From positions 1,080,001 to 1,112,000 of the forward strand of contig NZ_CP034549.1 of NCBI RefSeq assembly GCF_003966335.1: a stretch of 32,000 nt of DNA. The letters run 5' to 3'. Positions 27,649 through 32,000 of the stretch are shown piece by piece (the stretch's first letter is position 1; every line of letters begins with the position of its first letter). Position numbers and translations under genes: made by a program. The notes under the pieces are model-generated. The model saw only the letters and a program-made list of their open reading frames with translations, searched no databases and was not told the DNA's origin. Origin of the DNA: Nonlabens ponticola. GTDB lineage: Bacteria; Bacteroidota; Bacteroidia; Flavobacteriales; Flavobacteriaceae.

Positions 27649-29013
27649 CTATGGTATTCTTACGGATTCTCCTATCCAGCATCCTATAGATATCGTACTA
27701 CCAGAATTATATTTTTCACTCATGAAAATATCATTCTTTTGTGGCGCGCTTGCGTTATAGCTAGCGACTGATTTAAGTGCATTACCCTTGATTGAAGGGT
27801 CAACGGCAGCAGCTTTGCGAGCATATCTTGCAGCGACCCAATAAACAGCACGCTTTTCAAGAGTTGTGCTTCCACAGCTATTGGCACTATTTGCAACCAT
27901 ACTTGCGATTTGTAAATATGGTGCGCCAAAGGAAGGCTTTGCCTCATTAGACTTGATGAACTCTCTTTTTGCCTGGCTGTACTTACCTTGATCTTTAAGA
28001 ACAATACCTTTCTTGTAATGAATTTTTGATACAAGATCATTACTCACACCTAATTCAACTGCTTGATCCCAGTACTTGAACTTCTCAGTCGTCGTGCTTG
28101 CGATGTTTCCTAGACCATAAGCAGTCTTACCACTAGGTCTCAACTCATGCAACGCTTTTACAGATGTGATATACAATGGGGCATCAGTACAATCTTTTGA
28201 CTGTAATCTTTTAAGAACGTTAGATAACCAGTTCTCATCAGCTTTTTTGTTATCAAATTCTGCCTCATATAATGGAATCAATTTGTCACAATCTGCTAGT
28301 TCACCTAGCGTTTTGTTTACACTACCCATCACGATGCCGTAATTCTTGATATTGGTTTCCTGAGCATCGATCTGCTCAAGTTCTTTGTCTGTAATAGTGC
28401 CAGCGTTTTGCTTGTCTAGCAAATCACTCAATATCTTACTACGTTCATCCTGCACATTCTCAATTTGTAGCGTTAACGCATCATAAATATCAAAAAAGCC
28501 TTGAAGATTTACCTTTTCTGCCTCATAACGCTTTTCAGCTAAGGTGAAGTAGGTAATCATCGCATTAGGATCTGTAAATTCATCTGGATTATTCATGAAT
28601 TCATTCTCTAGCATCTTGTACTGCTCGTCATCAGAGCCTATCTTGTACTTATACATCGTGCGAGCGATCTCCATGTTCTTTTTAGGAACATTTATCTTAT
28701 CAGGGAACCTATCAACTTGACCATGTAACATGTCTAGTAGACCTTTAGCATTTTCAGCCTCTGTACCGATGTTTTTTCTAAGTCTGTGCTCGTATATACG
28801 CTCACCGTATTGATAAATGGCTGCGCTTGCCGTAGGACATTGCTTAACTAGTGGATCTAGTTGTTTGTATGCCTCATCATAATTTCTTGCTTTTGCGTTT
28901 TCCGCAAATATTTGTAACATCACATTACAATCGTCTGCCTGTTGCGCTTCCGCGAAAGCGAAACTGAAAACAGCTGTTGCAGCAACTAAAAGGTTTCTCG
29001 TTTTCATAATCAT
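27649..29013 (-). CDS. Secreted alpha-helical TPR-like repeat protein, function unknown
   Basis: 454-aa ORF with a signal peptide (MIMKTRNLLVAATAVFSFAFAEAQQ). It is helical and repeat-like, with a TPR-like C-terminal segment (KKGIVLKDQGKYSQAKREFIKSNEAKPSFGAPY) and six Cys residues. Confidence 0.7.
   Translation of the reverse strand: MIMKTRNLLVAATAVFSFAFAEAQQADDCNVMLQIFAENAKARNYDEAYKQLDPLVKQCPTASAAIYQYGERIYEHRLRKNIGTEAENAKGLLDMLHGQVDRFPDKINVPKKNMEIARTMYKYKIGSDDEQYKMLENEFMNNPDEFTDPNAMITYFTLAEKRYEAEKVNLQGFFDIYDALTLQIENVQDERSKILSDLLDKQNAGTITDKELEQIDAQETNIKNYGIVMGSVNKTLGELADCDKLIPLYEAEFDNKKADENWLSNVLKRLQSKDCTDAPLYITSVKALHELRPSGKTAYGLGNIASTTTEKFKYWDQAVELGVSNDLVSKIHYKKGIVLKDQGKYSQAKREFIKSNEAKPSFGAPYLQIASMVANSANSCGSTTLEKRAVYWVAARYARKAAAVDPSIKGNALKSVASYNASAPQKNDIFMSEKYNSGSTISIGCWIGESVRIP
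28946..28959. repeat. Iterated palindrome, degenerate copy 8 (GCTTCCGCGAAAGC, one mismatch at 28950; read as AFAEA in the signal peptide of the TPR-like protein)
   Basis: 13 of 14 positions match. It has C/G flanks, as in copies 1 and 5. Confidence 0.8.
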
Positions 29014-29025
29014 TTTAATTTGTTG

Positions 29026-30276
29026 TTAGTTGTAACGTCTCTTCTGGAACCACTTATCGCTAAGTGAGATGCCTATCGAGATACTGAAGAAATCTTCCTT
29101 GATTAATCCTGCATCTTGAGTGCCGCGTTGACCGTATTCAAGCCCAATGTTTGCACTGGAGAATGAGGCACCGCGCCCGATGGGTAATCCTAATCCAAAA
29201 GATATGCCAAACTCTGAAATGTCCTGACCGCTCAACTCAATACCTGTTTGCTCATAACGCAGGCCGCCACGATAAACCACTCGATCCCAATAGCTTGTAA
29301 GCGAGTTGAACTTAGGAATATAAAATCCACCTAATCTATAGGATGCGGCGTCATTGTAGTTCACATTGTCAGGCGCAAACGATCTTGTCACCTGCGAGCC
29401 TGTACCACGACGTGAATATTCACCAGCGAGATTCCACTGGCGTGACTTGCCATACCCTATACCAATGGTAAGGTCTGACGACAGGTTTAAATCTTGTTTT
29501 TGCTCATCGCTTTCATCAGTATCGACGATAGCCTCGGCAAGGTCTGCTTGAAGTACAAAGCGACTCAATCTGCGAGTGTTTCTTGCGGTGATATCGCTTT
29601 GAGGTTGAAAGGTGACAGCGCCTTGTAGGTTGTTGCCATTTTTCAAACGCTTATCATAGTGCAGACCAAAGTTGAAAGAAACGCCGCCTATGTCTGATTC
29701 GTTCTCAATTCTAGTACCGAACTCGACACCATCCAATGCAATACTTGACCTATTGACTTGCTGTCCAAAATTGTATCTAAACTCACCACCAATGCTAAGT
29801 TCTGGAGTAAGTTTTGCACCAGCGGCAAAATAGGCTCTATTCAAACTTCCTTCACCAGTAAAGCGAGTGTATCTGACGTCATTCACCTCACCAATGGTGT
29901 AACCAACTGATTGGAATGGAATGAGTCCAAAACCAAAGCCAGCCTTGCGGCCCAATGGGATTCCCAGACTTACATATTCAATAGATGTTGCATCATACTC
30001 ATCATCGCCAGCATTTGAACTGGCAAAAGTTTCTGTATGAACGCCACCAACGGTGAACGAGGTAAGACGTAGTCCTGCATAAGCTGCTGGATTATTAAGG
30101 TTGATGTGCACACTATCTGCATAGGTGCGCACACCAGCCATACTGCGATTTTCAATTGTGCCTCTAAATGTTTCCTGACCTAGACCAAAAAAGGAGTAAG
30201 GTGATGAAGTGCGTGACTGTGCGGTACTCAATACTGTAGCAAGTAAAAAAGTCACGATTAAAATACTTCTTGTCAT
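29026..30276 (-). CDS. Outer-membrane beta-barrel protein (putative porin-like), function unknown
   Basis: 416-aa ORF with a signal peptide (MTRSILIVTFLLATVLSTAQS). It shows alternating hydrophobic beta-strand periodicity rich in G, Y, F and R throughout, and ends in a beta-strand-like FFSISIGISLS. Confidence 0.7.
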   Translation of the reverse strand: MTRSILIVTFLLATVLSTAQSRTSSPYSFFGLGQETFRGTIENRSMAGVRTYADSVHINLNNPAAYAGLRLTSFTVGGVHTETFASSNAGDDEYDATSIEYVSLGIPLGRKAGFGFGLIPFQSVGYTIGEVNDVRYTRFTGEGSLNRAYFAAGAKLTPELSIGGEFRYNFGQQVNRSSIALDGVEFGTRIENESDIGGVSFNFGLHYDKRLKNGNNLQGAVTFQPQSDITARNTRRLSRFVLQADLAEAIVDTDESDEQKQDLNLSSDLTIGIGYGKSRQWNLAGEYSRRGTGSQVTRSFAPDNVNYNDAASYRLGGFYIPKFNSLTSYWDRVVYRGGLRYEQTGIELSGQDISEFGISFGLGLPIGRGASFSSANIGLEYGQRGTQDAGLIKEDFFSISIGISLSDKWFQKRRYN

Positions 30277-30998
30277 GAATTGTTCTTGTAAAGATTATAG
30301 ATGCCGTGTAGCATCAAAAAAGGCGTGGCAAAGAAACGGCTTTTGAGTTGTTTTTTCAATAGCTGTGAATCACCACCTGTGAGTAAGACTTGAGTGTCCT
30401 TAAACTTGTTATTGTAACGGGAAATCATGCCGTCTATTTCAAGAGCGGTGCCTTGAATTACTCCGGTACTGATAGAATCATTAGTGTTTTTTCCTAGGAA
30501 TCCTTTTACACGGCTAGGTTGCAGTAATGGCAGCTTTGCAGTGTAATCATTTAAAGATTTGAATCTCAAGTTCAATCCAGGTGAAATGGCGCCACCTAGA
30601 TATTGATTGTCTTTGTCAATAAAGTCATAGGTAATGCAGGTGCCAGCGTCAATAATAAGTTTAGCACCTTTTTCAAAAGAGGTATGAAAAGACCCAGCAA
30701 CCAGTGCAAGACGATCGTTGCCTAGAGTAGTGGACTCATATTTATTGGTAAAGGGTAGCTTGATGGTATGATTTATATACATTACCCCAACTAGACTCTC
30801 AAGGTGGTGCAATAGTTTAACGTCAATGGTGCCAACCTGACAAACGCAGGCTGCATTGAGGTCATGATAGTTTGAAAAAAGTCTAGAAAGATGATCGATA
30901 AACTCTGGCTCCTGGCAACGAGTAACATCATAGATGGTGGTCTCGTCAACGACGGCCAACTTTATGGACGTATTGCCTATGTCAACTGCCAGGATCAT
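30273..30998 (-). CDS. coaX: Type III pantothenate kinase
   Basis: 241-aa ORF with the N-terminal ILAVDIGNTSIK motif, later IDAGTCITYD and LTGGDS, all typical of CoaX. Confidence 0.92.
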   Translation of the reverse strand: MILAVDIGNTSIKLAVVDETTIYDVTRCQEPEFIDHLSRLFSNYHDLNAACVCQVGTIDVKLLHHLESLVGVMYINHTIKLPFTNKYESTTLGNDRLALVAGSFHTSFEKGAKLIIDAGTCITYDFIDKDNQYLGGAISPGLNLRFKSLNDYTAKLPLLQPSRVKGFLGKNTNDSISTGVIQGTALEIDGMISRYNNKFKDTQVLLTGGDSQLLKKQLKSRFFATPFLMLHGIYNLYKNNS

Positions 30999-31011
30999 AA
31001 GGTAGGTGTAG

Positions 31012-31086
31012 TGTGGAATACTGGATTCGAACCAGTGACCTCTACCCTGTCAAGGTAGCGCTCTAAACCAACTGAGCTAATCCCAC
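31012..31086 (-). tRNA. tRNA-Val (anticodon GAC)
   Basis: Hand-folded 75-nt cloverleaf: acceptor GUGGGAU/AUUCCAC, D-arm GCUC..GAGC, anticodon stem CUACC/GGUAG with loop UUGACAG, and T-arm ACUGG-UUCGAAU-CCAGU. The discriminator is A and CCA is not encoded. Confidence 0.95.
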
Positions 31087-31113
31087 AATTTCAATGTTTG
31101 TATAGTAACAAAA

Positions 31114-31136
31114 AACCCAATCTTTACGATCGGGTT
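31114..31136 (-). terminator. Terminator-like hairpin between tRNA-Phe and tRNA-Val
   Basis: On the minus strand, AACCCGATC pairs with GATTGGGTT (8 of 9 bp, one mismatch) and is followed by TTTTTTG. Confidence 0.45.
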
Positions 31137-31141
31137 TGTTG

Positions 31142-31214
31142 TGGTACCTCCAGGAATCGAACCAGGGACACATGGATTTTCAGTCCATTGCTCTACCAAC
31201 TGAGCTAAGGTACC
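31142..31214 (-). tRNA. tRNA-Phe (anticodon GAA)
   Basis: Hand-folded 73-nt cloverleaf: acceptor GGUACCU/AGGUACC, D-arm GCUC..GAGC, anticodon stem AUGGA/UCCAU with loop CUGAAAA, and T-arm CCUGG-UUCGAUU-CCAGG. The discriminator is A. Confidence 0.95.
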
Positions 31215-31233
31215 TTTTGCTGTAAAGCGGTGG

Positions 31234-31262
31234 CAAATTTACATAAATAAATTTGTGGCAAA
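31234..31262 (-). promoter_or_regulatory. Bacteroidota-type promoter candidate for the tRNA-Phe (and downstream) transcript
   Basis: The minus strand reads TTTG (31262-31259), a 17-nt spacer, then TAAATTTG (31241-31234). The latter is an exact match to the TAnnTTTG -7 consensus and ends 19 nt upstream of the tRNA 5' end. The -7 box is one arm of an 8-bp inverted repeat (CAAATTTA 31234-31241 / TAAATTTG 31248-31255). Confidence 0.45.
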
Positions 31263-31307
31263 AGGAATTTGTCGCTTTTTTGAAGAAAACTTTTAAGCGA
31301 TTGTATT

Positions 31308-32000
31308 TTAACTGATTAGTCGCTCTAGTGCCATTCCTCGTGATCCCTTAATCAATATTGTCTGGTCTTTGTTGTAATCTAGTAGCTTATTCTTGTCGAT
31401 GTCGTCGATGCTTTTTAACTTCAGTGCCTTGGTAGAAGCAACATTCACAAAATTAGCACCGATCAAAATGATGTTTTCTATATCGAGTTCTTCTGCATAA
31501 TCACAGATGGATTGATGTTCTATCCTAGCGTAATCTCCTAGTTCAAACATATCACCTAGAATAGCTGTGCGCGTACCAGAGTATTGAGCTAGGTTCTCTA
31601 AAGCAACTCGCATACTGGTAGGATTAGCATTGTAAGCATCTAATATTATGAGGCTAGAATCCTGTTTGATTAATTGCGATCTATTATTAGTAGGTGAGTA
31701 GCTTTCCAGGCCCTTGATGATCGCATCCTTAGGAACCTTCATGATTTCACCAACCTCGATAGCCAATAGCATGTTGTTGAAATTATATGCTCCTGTTAGT
31801 TGAGTTTTTACCAGCGTTCCCTTGTAGTTGAATTGAATAGGTGAGGCCTCTAATAACTGTAAATCGGTTGTGAAAATCCTGTTTAATTCTTTTGTTCTTG
31901 CAAGTTGTTCATCATCGCTGTGCAATACGATGGCTGTCTTGTGGTGCTTGTTTAAGTATTTGTAAAGTTCACTCTTGCCTTTTTTCACGCCTTCTATACC
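31308..32000 (-). CDS. murF: UDP-N-acetylmuramoyl-tripeptide--D-alanyl-D-alanine ligase, C-terminal part (5' end beyond the window)
   Basis: The reading frame is open to the window edge. MurF-type motifs are present: LDAYNANPTSM and ILIKGSRGMALERL near the C-terminus. Confidence 0.9.
   Translation of the reverse strand, partial: GIEGVKKGKSELYKYLNKHHKTAIVLHSDDEQLARTKELNRIFTTDLQLLEASPIQFNYKGTLVKTQLTGAYNFNNMLLAIEVGEIMKVPKDAIIKGLESYSPTNNRSQLIKQDSSLIILDAYNANPTSMRVALENLAQYSGTRTAILGDMFELGDYARIEHQSICDYAEELDIENIILIGANFVNVASTKALKLKSIDDIDKNKLLDYNKDQTILIKGSRGMALERLIS

Noticed and set aside
27617-27682. Longer N-terminal extensions given by the ORF track (LptC-like to 27682, S41 protease to 11460 via TTG, HMGR to 20990 via TTG)
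   Set aside because: Downstream ATG codons give proper signal-peptide or lipobox N-termini, or a conserved-looking N-terminus, and remove an implausible 34-nt gene overlap. The extensions remain possible alternatives.
1295-28959. Iterated palindrome as canonical parS or as Noc-type binding sites
   Set aside because: The half-site geometry differs. Here it is TTTC-GC-GAAA, whereas parS is TTTCAC-GTGAAA and the Noc site is TTTCCC-GGGAAA, so this core is 2 bp shorter. It is not the canonical parS. I keep only the generic idea of a dimeric DNA-binding target as a hypothesis.
1295-28959. Palindrome as the target of an active restriction-modification system (it contains a TCGCGA, NruI-type, core)
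   Set aside because: Restriction targets are normally avoided in the host genome, not massively over-represented. Methylation by an orphan methyltransferase remains possible and is listed as a check, not as a claim.
31012-31214. tRNA-Val/tRNA-Phe as an integration site of a genomic island
   Set aside because: There is no integrase, no direct repeat of a tRNA 3' end and no compositional break. Both sides are housekeeping genes (coaX, murF).
1-32000. CRISPR arrays, tandem repeats, IS elements, toxin-antitoxin or known defence-gene signatures
   Set aside because: Reading both strands showed no spaced direct repeats, no transposase or integrase-like ORFs and no unassigned multi-gene block. Every ORF over about 100 aa that is not a shadow ORF belongs to a housekeeping or envelope family, or to the small set of unknowns listed above.

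Overview
This window looks like an ordinary chromosomal housekeeping region of a Flavobacteriia-type Bacteroidota genome. That call rests on the purH-mreB-mreC-mreD-mrdA-rodA gene order, start codons without Shine-Dalgarno-like leaders, a TTTG/TAnnTTTG-type promoter box, mevalonate-pathway genes, and an LptC/PpiD envelope cluster. I can support about 30 tightly packed CDSs, many with 1-8 nt overlaps. They cover purine synthesis, the rod-shape/elongasome genes, an S41 protease-permease-nuclease operon, surE, lpxB, an NlpC/P60 lipoprotein, comEC, a thioredoxin-like protein, a DPP-IV plus POT peptide-scavenging pair, HMG-CoA reductase plus a PMK-like GHMP kinase, a PpiD-like chaperone, a CNNM/CBS protein, an LptC-like protein, a TPR-like protein, an outer-membrane beta-barrel, coaX and partial murF. 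There are also two tRNAs (Val-GAC, Phe-GAA) and several intrinsic terminators. I found no CRISPR array, transposase, integrase, prophage or recognisable defence island. The one feature the gene map does not explain is a 14-bp perfect palindrome, GCTTTCGCGAAAGC. It occurs 7 times exactly and once with a single mismatch, spread fairly evenly over the 32 kb. Six exact copies lie in six unrelated genes on both strands, covering all three reading frames; the seventh is intergenic and the one-mismatch copy lies in a seventh gene. The flanks decay toward a 22-bp palindrome, TTACGCTTTCGCGAAAGCGTAA. This resembles a highly iterated palindrome or recognition sequence (compare cyanobacterial HIP1, uptake sequences, nucleoid-protein sites). 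I cannot assign it a function, so it is the main lead. The remaining findings are lower-interest notes on operon architecture.
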